A stretch of DNA of 64,000 bases from Eledone cirrhosa. Lineage: Eukaryota. Below the pieces are notes generated by a model. It had not been told where the DNA came from. It saw only the letters and a program-made list of their open reading frames with translations, and ran no database searches. The first letter of the stretch is position 1. Each line of letters starts with the position of its first letter. Where the stretch lies: positions 124,001-188,000 of the forward strand of contig OZ024745.1 in the NCBI GenBank assembly GCA_964016885.1, in the 5' to 3' direction. Shown in pieces: positions 12,301-27,300 of this stretch. The position numbers and the translations under genes were made by a program.

Positions 12301-15300
12301 AAGTGGTAGTGCTGGTGCTATACACCCAGTACCCTGTAAAGTGGTAGTGCTGGTGCTATACACCCTGTAAAGTGGTAGTGCTGGTACTATACACCCAGTA
12401 CCCAGTAAAGTGGTAGTGCTGGTACTATACACCCAGTACCCTGTAAAGTGGTAGTGCTGGTACTATACACCCAGTACCCTGTAAAGTGGTAGTGCTGGTG
12501 CTATATACCCAGTACCCTGTAAAGTGGTAGTGCTGGTGCTATACACCCAGTACCCTGTAAAGTGGTAGTGCTGGTACTATACACCCAGTACCCTGTAAAG
12601 TGGTAGTGCTGGTACTATATACCCAGTACCCTGTAAAGTGGTAGTGCTGGTACTATACACCCAGTACCCTGTAAAGTGGTAGTGCTGGTACTATACACCC
12701 AGTACCCTGTAAAGTGGTAGTGCTGGTGCTATATACCCAGTACCCTGTAAAGTGGTAGTGCTGGTACTATACACCCAGTACCCTGTAAAGTGGTAGTGCT
12801 GGTACTATACACCCAGTACCCTGTAAAGTGGTAGTGCTGGTGCTATACACCCAGTACCCAGTAAAGTGGTAGTGCTGGTGCTATACACCCAGTACCCTGT
12901 AAAGTGGTAGTGCTGGTGCTATACACCCAGTACCCTGTAAAGTGGTAGTGCTGGTGCTATACACCCAGTACCCTGTAAAGTGGTAGTGCTGGTACTATAC
13001 ACCCAGTACCCTGTAAAGTGGTAGTGCTGGTACTATATACCCAGTACCCTGTAAAGTGGTAGTGCTGGTGCTATACACCCTGTAAAGTGGTAGTGCTGGT
13101 GCTATACACCCAGTACCCTGTAAAGTGGTAGTGCTGGTGCTATACACCCTGTAAAGTGGTACTGCTGGTACTATACACCCAGTACCCAGTAAAGTGGTAG
13201 TGCTGGTACCATACACCCAGTACCCTGTAAAGTGGTAGTGCTGGTACTATACACCCAGTACCCTGTAAAGTGGTAGTGCTGGTGCTATATACCCAGTACC
13301 CTGTAAAGTGGTAGTGCTGGTGCTATACACCCAGTACCCTGTAAAGTGGTAGTGCTGGTACTATACACCCAGTACCCTGTAAAGTGGTAGTGCTGGTACT
13401 ATACACCCAGTACCCTGTAAAGTGGTAGTGTTGGTGCTATATACCCAGTACCCTGTAAAGTGGTAGTGCTGGTACTATACACCCAGTACCCAGTAAAGTG
13501 GTAGTGCTGGTACTATACACCCAGTACCCTGTAAAGTGGTAGTGCTGGTACTATACACCCAGTACCCTGTAAAGTGGTAGTGCTGGTGCTATATACCCAG
13601 TACCCTGTAAAGTGGTAGTGCTGGTACTATACACCCAGTACCCTGTAAAGTGGTAGTGCTGGTACTATACACCCAGTACCCTGTAAAGTGGTAGTGCTGG
13701 TGCTATACACCCAGTACCCAGTAAAGTGGTAGTGCTGGTGCTATACACCCAGTACCCTGTAAAGTGGTAGTGCTGGTGCTATACACCCAGTACCCTGTAA
13801 AGTGGTAGTGCTGGTGCTATACACCCAGTACCCTGTAAAGTGGTAGTGCTGGTACTATACACCCAGTACCCTGTAAAGTGGTAGTGCTGGTACTATATAC
13901 CCAGTACCCTGTAAAGTGGTAGTGCTGGTGCTATACACCCTGTAAAGTGGTAGTGCTGGTGCTATACACCCAGTACCCTGTAAAGTGGTAGTGCTGGTGC
14001 TATACACCCTGTAAAGTGGTAGTGCTGGTACTATACACCCAGTACCCAGTAAAGTGGTAGTGCTGGTACTATACACCCAGTACCCTGTAAAGTGGTAGTG
14101 CTGGTACTATACACCCAGTACCCTGTAAAGTGGTAGTGCTGGTGCTATATACCCAGTACCCTGTAAAGTGGTAGTGCTGGTGCTATACACCCAGTACCCT
14201 GTAAAGTGGTAGTGCTGGTACTATACACCCAGTACCCTGTAAAGTGGTAGTGCTGGTACTATACACCCAGTACCCTGTAAAGTGGTAGTGTTGGTGCTAT
14301 ATACCCAGTACCCTGTAAAGTGGTAGTGCTGGTACTATACACCCAGTACCCAGTAAAGTGGTAGTGCTGGTACTATATACCCAGTACCCTGTAAAGTGGT
14401 AGTGCTGGTGCTATACACCCAGTACCCAGTAAAGTGGTAGTGCTGGTGCTATACACCCTGTAAAGTGGTAGTGGTGGTACTATATACCCAGTACCCTGTA
14501 AAGTGGTAGTGCTGGTGCTATACACCCAGTACCCAGTAAAGTGGTAGTGCTGGTACTATACACCCAGTACCCAGTAAAGTGGTAGTGCTGGTACTATATA
14601 CCCAGTACCCTGTAAAGTGGTAGTGCTGGTGCTATATACCCAGTACCCATTAAAGTGGTAGTGCTGGTACTATACACCCAGTACCCAGTAAAGTGGTAGT
14701 GCTGGTACTATACACCCAGTACCCTGTAAAGTGGTAGTGCTGGTGCTATACACCCAGTACCCAGTAAAGTGGTAGTGCTGGTGCTATACACCCAGTACCC
14801 AGTAAAGTGGTAGTGCTGGTGCTATACACCCAGTACCCAGTAAAGTGGTAGTGCTGGTACTATACACCCAGTACCCAGTAAAGTGGTAGTGCTGGTGCTA
14901 TATACCCAGTACCCAGTAAAGTGGTAGTGCTGGTGCTATACACCCAGTACCCAGTAAAGTGGTAGTGCTGGTGCTATACACCCAGTACCCTGTAAAGTGG
15001 TAGTGCTGGTACTATACACCCAGTACCCTGTAAAGTGGTAGTGCTGGTGCTATACACCCAGTACCCAGTAAAGTGGTAGTGCTGGTGCTATACACCCAGT
15101 ACCCAGTAAAGTGGTAGTGCTGGTACTATATACCCAGTACCCAGTAAAGTGGTAGTGCTGGTGCTATACACCCAGTACCCAGTAAAGTGGTAGTGCTGGT
15201 ACTATACACCCAGTACCCTGTAAAGTGGTAGTGCTGGTGCTATACACCCAGTACCCTGTAAAGTGGTAGTGCTGGTGCTATATACCCAGTACCCAGTAAA

Positions 15301-18300
15301 GTGGTAGTGCTGGTGCTATACACCCTGTAAAGTGGTAGTGCTGGTGCTATACACCCAGTACCCAATAAAGTGGTAGTGCTGGTGCTATACACCCAGTACC
15401 CAGTAAAGTGGTAGTGCTGGTACTATACACCCAGTACCCTGTAAAGTGGTAGTGCTGGTGCTATACACCCAGTACCCTGTAAAGTGGTAGTGCTGGTGCT
15501 ATATACCCAGTACCCAGTAAAGTGGTAGTGCTGGTGCTATACACCCTGTAAAGTGGTAGTGCTGGTGCTATACACCCAGTACCCAGTAAAGTGGTAGTGC
15601 TGGTGCTATACACCCTGTAAAGTGGTAGTGCTGGTACTATACACCCAGTACCCAGTAAAGTGGTAGTGCTGCTGCTATATACCCAGTACCCAGTAAAGTG
15701 GTAGTGCTGGTGCTATACACCCTGTAAAGTGGTAGTGCTGGTACTATACACCCAGTACCCTGTAAAGTGGTAGTGCTGGTACTATACACCCAGTACCCTG
15801 TAAAGTGGTAGTGCTGGTACTATACACCCAGTACCCTGTAAAGTGGTAGTGCTGGTACTATACACCCAGTACCCTGTAAAGTGGTAGTGCTGGTGCTATA
15901 TACCCAGTACCCTGTAAAGTGGTAGTGCTGGTACTATACACCCAGTACCCTGTAAAGTGGTAGTGCTGGTGCTATATACCCAGTACCCAGTAAAGTGGTA
16001 GTGCTGGTACTATACACCCAGTACCCAGTAAAGTGGTAGTGCTGGTGCTATATACCCAGTACCCTGTAAAGTGGTAGTGCTGGTACTATACACCCAGTAC
16101 CCAGTAAAGTGGTAGTGCTGGTGCTATACACGCAGTACCCTGTAAAGTGGTAGTGCTGGTGCTATACACCCTGTAAAGTGGTAGTGCTGGTGCTATACAC
16201 CCAGTACCCAGTAAAGTGGTAGTGCTGGTGCTATACACCCAGTACCCTGTAAAGTGGTAGTGCTGGTGCTATACACCCAGTACCCAGTAAAGTGGTAGTG
16301 CTGGTGCTATACACCCAGTACCCAGTAAAGTGGTAGTGCTGGTACTATACACCCAGTACCCTGTAAAGTGGTAGTGCTGGTACTATACACCCAGTACCCA
16401 GTAAAGTGGTAGTGCTGGTACTATACACCCAGTACCCAGTAAAGTGGTAGTGCTGGTACTATACACCCAGTACCCTGTTATGTGGTAGTGCTGGTACTAT
16501 ACACCCAGTACCCAGTAAAGTGGTAGTGCTGGTACTATACACCCAGTACCCAGTAAAGTGGTAGTGCTGGTGCTATACACCCAGTACCCTGTAAAGTGGT
16601 AGTGCTGGTACTATACACCCAGTACCCAGTAAAGTGGTAGTGCTGGTACTATACACCCAGTACCCTGTAAAGTGGTAGTGCTGGTGCTATACGCCCAGTA
16701 CCCAGTAAAGTGGTAGTGCTGGTACTATACACCCAGTACCCAGTAAAGTGGTAGTCCTGGTACTATACACCCAGTACCCTGTAAAGTGGTAGTGCTGGTG
16801 CTATACACCCAGTAACCAGTAAAGTGGTAGTGCTGGTACTATACACCCAGTACCCTGTAAAGTGGTAGTGCTGGTACTATATACCCAGTACCCAGTAAAG
16901 TGGTAGTGCTGGTACTATACACCCAGTACCCTGTAAAGTGGTAGTGCTGGTACTATACACCCAGTACCCTGTAAAGTGGTAGTGCTGGTGCTATATACCC
17001 AGTACCCTGTAAAGTGGTAGTGCTGGTACTATACACCCAGTACCCTGTAAAGTGGTAGTGCTGGTACTATACACCCAGTACCCTGTAAAGTGGTAGTGCT
17101 GGTGCTATACACCCAGTACCCAGTAAAGTGGTAGTGCTGGTGCTATACACCCAGTACCCTGTAAAGTGGTAGTGCTGGTGCTATACACCCAGTACCCTGT
17201 AAAGTGGTAGTGCTGGTGCTATACACCCAGTACCCTGTAAAGTGGTAGTGCTGGTACTATACACCCAGTACCCTGTAAAGTGGTAGTGCTGGTACTATAT
17301 ACCCAGTACCCTGTAAAGTGGTAGTGCTGGTGCTATACACCCTGTAAAGTGGTAGTGCTGATGCTATACACCCAGTACCCTGTAAAGTGGTAGTGCTGGT
17401 GCTATACACCCTGTAAAGTGGTAGTGCTGGTACTATACACCCAGTACCCAGTAAAGTGGTAGTGCTGGTACTATACACCCAGTACCCTGTAAAGTGGTAG
17501 TGCTGGTACTATACACCCAGTACCCTGTAAAGTGGTAGTGCTGGTGCTATATACCCAGTACCCTGTAAAGTGGTAGTGCTGGTGCTATACACCCAGTACC
17601 CTGTAAAGTGGTAGTGCTGGTACTATACACCCAGTACCCTGTAAAGTGGTAGTGCTGGTACTATATACCCAGTACCCTGTAAAGTGGTAGTGCTGGTACT
17701 ATACACCCAGTACCCTGTAAAGTGGTAGTGCTGGTACTATACACCCAGTACCCTGTAAAGTGGTAGTGCTGGTGCTATATACCCAGTACCCTGTAAAGTG
17801 GTAGTGCTGGTACTATACACCCAGTACCCTGTAAAGTGGTAGTGCTGGTACTATACACCCAGTACCCTGTAAAGTGGTAGTGCTGGTGCTATACACCCAG
17901 TACCCAGTAAAGTGGTAGTGCTGGTGCTATACACCCAGTACCCTGTAAAGTGGTAGTGCTGGTGCTATACACCCAGTACCCTGTAAAGTGGTAGTGCTGG
18001 TGCTATACACCCAGTACCCTGTAAAGTGGTAGTGCTGGTACTATACACCCAGTACCCTGTAAAGTGGTAGTGCTGGTACTATATACCCAGTACCCTGTAA
18101 AGTGGTAGTGCTGGTGCTATACACCCTGTAAAGTGGTAGTGCTGGTGCTATACACCCAGTACCCTGTAAAGTGGTAGTGCTGGTACCATACACCCAGTAC
18201 CCTGTAAAGTGGTAGTGCTGGTACTATACACCCAGTACCCTGTAAAGTGGTAGTGCTGGTGCTATATACCCAGTACCCTGTAAAGTGGTAGTGCTGGTGC

Positions 18301-21300
18301 TATACACCCAGTACCCTGTAAAGTGGTAGTGCTGGTACTATACACCCAGTACCCTGTAAAGTGGTAGTGTTGGTGCTATATACCCAGTACCCTGTAAAGT
18401 GGTAGTGCTGGTACTATACACCCAGTACCCAGTAAAGTGGTAGTGCTGGTACTATACACCCAGTACCCTGTAAAGTGGTAGTGCTGGTACTATACACCCA
18501 GTACCCTGTAAAGTGGTAGTGCTGGTGCTATATACCCAGTACCCTGTAAAGTGGTAGTGCTGGTACTATACACCCAGTACCCTGTAAAGTGGTAGTGCTG
18601 GTACTATACACCCAGTACCCTGTAAAGTGGTAGTGCTGGTGCTATACACCCAGTACCCAGTAAAGTGGTAGTGCTGGTGCTATACACCCAGTACCCTGTA
18701 AAGTGGTAGTGCTGGTGCTATACACCCAGTACCCTGTAAAGTGGTAGTGCTGGTACTATACACCCAGTACCCTGTAAAGTGGTAGTGCTGGTACTATATA
18801 CCCAGTACCCTGTAAAGTGGTAGTGCTGGTACTATACACCCAGTACCCTGTAAAGTGGTAGTGCTGGTACTATACACCCAGTACCCTGTAAAGTGGTAGT
18901 GCTGGTGCTATATACCCAGTACCCTGTAAAGTGGTAGTGCTGGTACTATACACCCAGTACCCTGTAAAGTGGTAGTGCTGGTACTATACACCCAGTACCC
19001 TGTAAAGTGGTAGTGCTGGTGCTATACACCCAGTACCCAGTAAAGTGGTAGTGCTGGTGCTATACACCCAGTACCCTGTAAAGTGGTAGTGCTGGTGCTA
19101 TACACCCAGTACCCTGTAAAGTGGTAGTGCTGGTGCTATACACCCAGTACCCTGTAAAGTGGTAGTGCTGGTACTATACACCCAGTACCCTGTAAAGTGG
19201 TAGTGCTGGTACTATATACCCAGTACCCTGTAAAGTGGTAGTGCTGGTGCTATACACCCTGTAAAGTGGTAGTGCTGGTGCTATACACCCAGTACCCTGT
19301 AAAGTGGTAGTGCTGGTACCATACACCCAGTACCCTGTAAAGTGGTAGTGCTGGTACTATACACCCAGTACCCTGTAAAGTGGTAGTGCTGGTGCTATAT
19401 ACCCAGTACCCTGTAAAGTGGTAGTGCTGGTGCTATACACCCAGTACCCTGTAAAGTGGTAGTGCTGGTACTATACACCCAGTACCCTGTAAAGTGGTAG
19501 TGTTGGTGCTATATACCCAGTACCCTGTAAAGTGGTAGTGCTGGTACTATACACCCAGTACCCAGTAAAGTGGTAGTGCTGGTACTATACACCCAGTACC
19601 CTGTAAAGTGGTAGTGCTGGTACTATACACCCAGTACCCTGTAAAGTGGTAGTGCTGGTGCTATATACCCAGTACCCTGTAAAGTGGTAGTGCTGGTACT
19701 ATACACCCAGTACCCTGTAAAGTGGTAGTGCTGGTACTATACACCCAGTACCCTGTAAAGTGGTAGTGCTGGTGCTATACACCCAGTACCCAGTAAAGTG
19801 GTAGTGCTGGTGCTATACACCCAGTACCCTGTAAAGTGGTAGTGCTGGTGCTATACACCCAGTACCCTGTAAAGTGGTAGTGCTGGTGCTATACACCCAG
19901 TACCCTGTAAAGTGGTAGTGCTGGTGCTATACACCCAGTACCCTGTAAAGTGGTAGTGCTGGTACTATACACCCAGTACCCTGTAAAGTGGTAGTGCTGG
20001 TACTATATACCCAGTACCCTGTAAAGTGGTAGTGCTGGTGCTATACACCCTGTAAAGTGGTAGTGCTGGTGCTATACACCCAGTACCCTGTAAAGTGGTA
20101 GTGCTGGTGCTATACACCCTGTAAAGTGGTAGTGCTGGTACTATACACCCAGTACCCAGTAAAGTGGTAGTGCTGGTGCTATACACGCAGTACCCTGTAA
20201 AGTGGTAGTGCTGGTGCTATACACCCTGTAAAGTGGTAGTGCTGGTGCTATACACCCAGTACCCAGTAAAGTGGTAGTGCTGGTGCTATACACCCAGTAC
20301 CCTGTAAAGTGGTAGTGCTGGTGCTATACACCCAGTACCCAGTAAAGTGGTAGTGCTGGTGCTATACACCCAGTACCCAGTAAAGTGGTAGTGCTGGTAC
20401 TATACACCCAGTACCCTGTAAAGTGGTAGTGCTGGTACTATACACCCAGTACCCAGTAAAGTGGTAGTGCTGGTACTATACACCCAGTACCCAGTAAAGT
20501 GGTAGTGCTGGTACTATACACCCAGTACCCTGTTATGTGGTAGTGCTGGTACTATACACCCAGTACCCAGTAAAGTGGTAGTGCTGGTACTATACACCCA
20601 GTACCCAGTAAAGTGGTAGTGCTGGTGCTATACACCCAGTACCCTGTAAAGTGGTAGTGCTGGTACTATACACCCAGTACCCAGTAAAGTGGTAGTGCTG
20701 GTACTATACACCCAGTACCCTGTAAAGTGGTAGTGCTGGTGCTATACGCCCAGTACCCAGTAAAGTGGTAGTGCTGGTACTATACACCCAGTACCCAGTA
20801 AAGTGGTAGTCCTGGTACTATACACCCAGTACCCTGTAAAGTGGTAGTGCTGGTGCTATACACCCAGTAACCAGTAAAGTGGTAGTGCTGGTACTATACA
20901 CCCAGTACCCTGTAAAGTGGTAGTGCTGGTACTATATACCCAGTACCCAGTAAAGTGGTAGTGCTGGTACTATACACCCAGTACCCTGTAAAGTGGTAGT
21001 GCTGGTACTATACACCCAGTACCCTGTAAAGTGGTAGTGCTGGTGCTATATACCCAGTACCCTGTAAAGTGGTAGTGCTGGTACTATACACCCAGTACCC
21101 TGTAAAGTGGTAGTGCTGGTACTATACACCCAGTACCCTGTAAAGTGGTAGTGCTGGTGCTATACACCCAGTACCCAGTAAAGTGGTAGTGCTGGTGCTA
21201 TACACCCAGTACCCTGTAAAGTGGTAGTGCTGGTGCTATACACCCAGTACCCTGTAAAGTGGTAGTGCTGGTGCTATACACCCAGTACCCTGTAAAGTGG

Positions 21301-24300
21301 TAGTGCTGGTACTATACACCCAGTACCCTGTAAAGTGGTAGTGCTGGTACTATATACCCAGTACCCTGTAAAGTGGTAGTGCTGGTGCTATACACCCTGG
21401 AAAGTGGTAGTGCTGATGCTATACACCCAGTACCCTGTAAAGTGGTAGTGCTGGTGCTATACACCCTGTAAAGTGGTAGTGCTGGTACTATACACCCAGT
21501 ACCCAGTAAAGTGGTAGTGCTGGTACTATACACCCAGTACCCTGTAAAGTGGTAGTGCTGGTACTATACACCCAGTACCCTGTAAAGTGGTAGTGCTGGT
21601 GCTATATACCTAGTACCCTGTAAAGTGGTAGTGCTGGTGCTATACACCCAGTACCCTGTAAAGTGGTAGTGCTGGTACTATACACCCAGTACCCTGTAAA
21701 GTGGTAGTGCTGGTACTATATACCCAGTACCCTGTAAAGTGGTAGTGCTGGTACTATACACCCAGTACCCTGTAAAGTGGTAGTGCTGGTACTATACACC
21801 CAGTACCCTGTAAAGTGGTAGTGCTGGTGCTATATACCCAGTACCCTGTAAAGTGGTAGTGCTGGTACTATACACCCAGTACCCTGTAAAGTGGTAGTGC
21901 TGGTACTATACACCCAGTACCCTGTAAAGTGGTAGTGCTGGTGCTATACACCCAGTACCCAGTAAAGTGGTAGTGCTGGTGCTATACACCCAGTACCCTG
22001 TAAAGTGGTAGTGCTGGTGCTATACACCCAGTACCCTGTAAAGTGGTAGTGCTGGTGCTATACACCCAGTACCCTGTAAAGTGGTAGTGCTGGTACTATA
22101 CACCCAGTACCCTGTAAAGTGGTAGTGCTGGTACTATATACCCAGTACCCTGTAAAGTGGTAGTGCTGGTGCTATACACCCTGTAAAGTGGTAGTGCTGG
22201 TGCTATACACCCAGTACCCTGTAAAGTGGTAGTGCTGGTACCATACACCCAGTACCCTGTAAAGTGGTAGTGCTGGTACTATACACCCAGTACCCTGTAA
22301 AGTGGTAGTGCTGGTGCTATATACCCAGTACCCTGTAAAGTGGTAGTGCTGGTGCTATACACCCAGTACCCTGTAAAGTGGTAGTGCTGGTACTATACAC
22401 CCAGTACCCTGTAAAGTGGTAGTGTTGGTGCTATATACCCAGTACCCTGTAAAGTGGTAGTGCTGGTACTATACACCCAGTACCCAGTAAAGTGGTAGTG
22501 CTGGTACTATACACCCAGTACCCTGTAAAGTGGTAGTGCTGGTACTATACACCCAGTACCCTGTAAAGTGGTAGTGCTGGTGCTATATACCCAGTACCCT
22601 GTAAAGTGGTAGTGCTGGTACTATACACCCAGTACCCTGTAAAGTGGTAGTGCTGGTACTATACACCCAGTACCCTGTAAAGTGGTAGTGCTGGTGCTAT
22701 ACACCCAGTACCCAGTAAAGTGGTAGTGCTGGTGCTATACACCCAGTACCCTGTAAAGTGGTAGTGCTGGTGCTATACACCCAGTACCCTGTAAAGTGGT
22801 AGTGCTGGTACTATACACCCAGTACCCTGTAAAGTGGTAGTGCTGGTACTATATACCCAGTACCCTGTAAAGTGGTAGTGCTGGTACTATACACCCAGTA
22901 CCCTGTAAAGTGGTAGTGCTGGTACTATACACCCAGTACCCTGTAAAGTGGTAGTGCTGGTGCTATATACCCAGTACCCTGTAAAGTGGTAGTGCTGGTA
23001 CTATACACCCAGTACCCTGTAAAGTGGTAGTGCTGGTACTATACACCCAGTACCCTGTAAAGTGGTAGTGCTGGTGCTATACACCCAGTACCCAGTAAAG
23101 TGGTAGTGCTGGTGCTATACACCCAGTACCCTGTAAAGTGGTAGTGCTGGTGCTATACATCCAGTACCATGTAAAGTGGTAGTGCTGGTGCTATACACCC
23201 AGTACCCTGTAAAGTGGTAGTGCTGGTACTATACACCCAGTACCCTGTAAAGTGGTAGTGCTGGTACTATATACCCAGTACCCTGTAAAGTGGTAGTGCT
23301 GGTGCTATACACCCTGTAAAGTGGTAGTGCTGGTGCTATACACCCAGTACCCTGTAAAGTGGTAGTGCTGGTACCATACACCCAGTACCCTGTAAAGTGG
23401 TAGTGCTGGTACTATACACCCAGTACCCTGTAAAGTGGTAGTGCTGGTGCTATATACCCAGTACCTTGTAAAGTGGTAGTGCTGGTGCTATACACCCAGT
23501 ACCCTGTAAAGTGGTAGTGCTGGTACTATACACCCAGTACCCTGTAAAGTGGTAGTGTTGGTGCTATATACCCAGTACCCTGTAAAGTGGTAGTGCTGGT
23601 ACTATACACCCAGTACCCAGTAAAGTGGTAGTGCTGGTACTATACACCCAGTACCCTGTAAAGTGGTAGTGCTGGTACTATACACCCAGTACCCTGTAAA
23701 GTGGTAGTGCTGGTGCTATATACCCAGTACCCTGTAAAGTGGTAGTGCTGGTACTATACACCCAGTACCCTGTAAAGTGGTAGTGCTGGTACTATACACC
23801 CAGTACCCTGTAAAGTGGTAGTGCTGGTGCTATACACCCAGTACCCAGTAAAGTGGTAGTGCTGGTGCTATACACCCAGTACCCTGTAAAGTGGTAGTGC
23901 TGGTGCTATACACCCAGTACCCTGTAAAGTGGTAGTGCTGGTGCTATACACCCAGTACCCTGTAAAGTGGTAGTGCTGGTGCTATACACCCAGTACCCTG
24001 TAAAGTGGTAGTGCTGGTACTATACACCCAGTACCCTGTAAAGTGGTAGTGCTGGTACTATATACCCAGTACCCTGTAAAGTGGTAGTGCTGGTGCTATA
24101 CACCCTGTAAAGTGGTAGTGCTGGTGCTATACACCCAGTACCCTGTAAAGTGGTAGTGCTGGTGCTATACACCCTGTAAAGTGGTAGTGCTGGTACTATA
24201 CACCCAGTACCCAGTAAAGTGGTAGTGCTGGTACTATACACCCAGTACCCTGTAAAGTGGTAGTGCTGGTACTATACACCCAGTACCCTGTAAAGTGGTA

Positions 24301-27300
24301 GTGCTGGTGCTATATACCCAGTACCCTGTAAAGTGGTAGTGCTGGTGCTATACACCCAGTACCCTGTAAAGTGGTAGTGCTGGTACTATACACCCAGTAC
24401 CCTGTAAAGTGGTAGTGCTGGTACTATACACCCAGTACCCTGTAAAGTGGAAGTGTTGGTGCTATATACCCAGTACCCTGTAAAGTGGTAGTGCTGGTAC
24501 TATACACCCAGTACCCAGTAAAGTGGTAGTGCTGGTACTATATACCCAGTACCCTGTAAAGTGGTAGTGCTGGTGCTATACACCCAGTACCCAGTAAAGT
24601 GGTAGTGCTGGTGCTATACACCCTGTAAAGTGGTAGTGGTGGTACTATATACCCAGTACCCTGTAAAGTGGTAGTGCTGGTGCTATATACCCAGTACCCA
24701 GTAAAGTGGTAGTGCTGGTACTATACACCCAGTACCCAGTAAAGTGGTAGTGCTGGTACTATATACCCAGTACCCTGTAAAGTGGTAGTGCTGGTGCTAT
24801 ATACCCAGTACCCATTAAAGTGGTAGTGCTGGTACTATACACCCAGTACCCAGTAAAGTGGTAGTGCTGGTAATATATACCCAGTACCCTGTAAAGTGGT
24901 AGTGCTGGTGCTATACACCCAGTACCCAGTAAAGTGGTAGTGCTGGTGCTATACACCCAGTACCCAGTAAAGTGGTAGTGCTGGTGCTATACACCCAGTA
25001 CCCAGTAAAGTGGTAGTGCTGGTACTATACACCCAGTACCCAGTAAAGTGGTAGTGCTGGTGCTATATACCCAGTACCCAGTAAAGTGGTAGTGCTGGTG
25101 CTATACACCCAGTACCCAGTAAAGTGGTAGTGCTGGTGCTATACACCCAGTACCCTGTAAAGTGGTAGTGCTGGTACTATACACCCAGTACCCTGTAAAG
25201 TGGTAGTGCTGGTGCTATACACCCAGTACCCAGTAAAGTGGTAGTGCTGGTGCTATACACCCAGTACCCAGTAAAGTGGTAGTGCTGGTACTATACACCC
25301 AGTACCCTGTAAAGTGGTAGTGCTGGTGCTATACACCCAGTACCCTGTAAAGTGGTAGTGCTGGTGCTATATACCCAGTACCCAGTAAAGTGGTAGTGCT
25401 GGTGCTATACACCCTGTAAAGTGGTAGTGCTGGTGCTATACACCCAGTACCCAGTAAAGTGGTAGTGCTGGTGCTATATACCCAGTACCCAGTAAAGTGG
25501 TAGTGCTGGTGCTATACACCCTGTAAAGTGGTAGTGCTGGTACTATACACCCAGTACCCTGTAAAGTGGTAGTGCTGGTACTATACACCCAGTACCCTGT
25601 AAAGTGGTAGTGCTGGTGCTATATACCCAGTACCCAGTAAAGTGGTAGTGCTGGTGCTATACACCCTGTAAAGTGGTAGTGCTGGTGCTATACACCCAGT
25701 ACCCAGTAAAGTGGTAGTGCTGGTACTATACACCCAGTACCCTGTAAAGTGGTAGTGCTGGTACTATACACCCAGTACCCAGTAAAGTGGTAGTGCTGGT
25801 ACTATACACCCAGTACCCAGTAAAGTGGTAGTGCTGGTACTATACACCCAGTAAAGTGGTAGTGCTGGTACTATACAGCCAGTAAAGTGGTAGTGCTGGT
25901 ACTATACACCCAGTACCCTGTAAAGTGGTAGTGCTGGTACTATACACCCAGTAAAGTGGTAGTGCTGGTGCTATACACCCAGTACCCTGTAAAGTGGTAG
26001 TGCTGGTACTATACACCCAGTACCCTGTAAAGTGGTAGTGCTGGTACTATACACCCAGTACCCAGTAAAGTGGTAGTGCTGGTGCTATACACCCAGTAAA
26101 GTGGTAGTGCTGGTACTATACACCCAGTACCCAGTAAAGTGGTAGTGCTGGTACTATACACCCAGTACCCTGTAAAGTGGTAGTGCTGGTACTATACACC
26201 CAGTACCCTGTAAAGTGGTAGTGCTGGTACTATACACCCAGTACCCTGTAAAGTGGTAGTGCTGGTACTATACACCCAGTACCCTGTAAAGTGGTAGTGC
26301 TGGTACTATACACCCAGTACCCTGTAAAGTGGTAGTGCTGGTACTATACACCCAGTACCCTGTAAAGTGGTAGTGCTGGTACTATACACCCAGTACCCTG
26401 TAAAGTGGTAGTGCTGGTACTATACACCCAGTACCCTGTAAAGTGGTAGTGCTGGTGCTATATACCCAGTACCCTGTAAAGTGGTAATTCTGGTGCTATA
26501 TACCCAGTACCCTGTAAAGTGGTAGTGCTGGTACTATACACCCAGTACCCTGTAAAGTGGTAGTGCTGGTACTATACACCCAGTACCCTGTAAAGTGGTA
26601 GTGCTGGTACTATACACCCAGTACCCTGTAAAGTGGTAGTGCTGGTACTATATACCCAGTACCCTGTAAAGTGGTAGTGCTGGTGCTATATACCCAGTAC
26701 CCTGTAAAGTGGTAGTGCTGGTACTATACACCCAGTAAAGTGGTAGTGCTGGTGCTATATACCCAGTAGCCAGTAAAGTGGTAGTGCTGGTGCTATACAC
26801 CCAGTACCCTGTAAAGTGGTAGTGCTGGTGCTATACACCCAGTACCCAGTAAAGTGGTAGTGCTGGTGCTATACACCCAGTACCCAGTAAAGTGGTAGTG
26901 CTGGTGCTATACACCCAGTACCCTGTAAAGTGGTAGTGCTGGTGCTATATACCCAGTACCCTGTAAAGTGGTAGTGCTGGTACTATACACCCAGTAAAGT
27001 GGTAGTGCTGGTGCTATACACCCAGTAAAGTGGTAGTGCTGGTGCTATATACCCAGTACCCAGTAAAGTGGTAGTGCTGGTGCTATATACCCAGTACCCA
27101 GTAAAGTGGTAGTGCTGGTGCTATACACCCAGTACCCTGTAAAGTGGTAGTGCTGGTGCTATACACCCAGTACCCTGTAAAGTGGTAGTGCTGGTGCTAT
27201 ATACCCAGTACCCAGTAAAGTGGTAGTGCTGGTGCTATACACCCAGTAAAGTGGTAGTGCGGGTGCTATACACCCAGTAAAGTGGTAGTGCTGGTACTAT

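Noticed and set aside
9800-24956. Recurrent 65-73-aa minus-strand ORFs
   Set aside because: Chance stop-free runs of satellite monomers, useful only as duplication markers.
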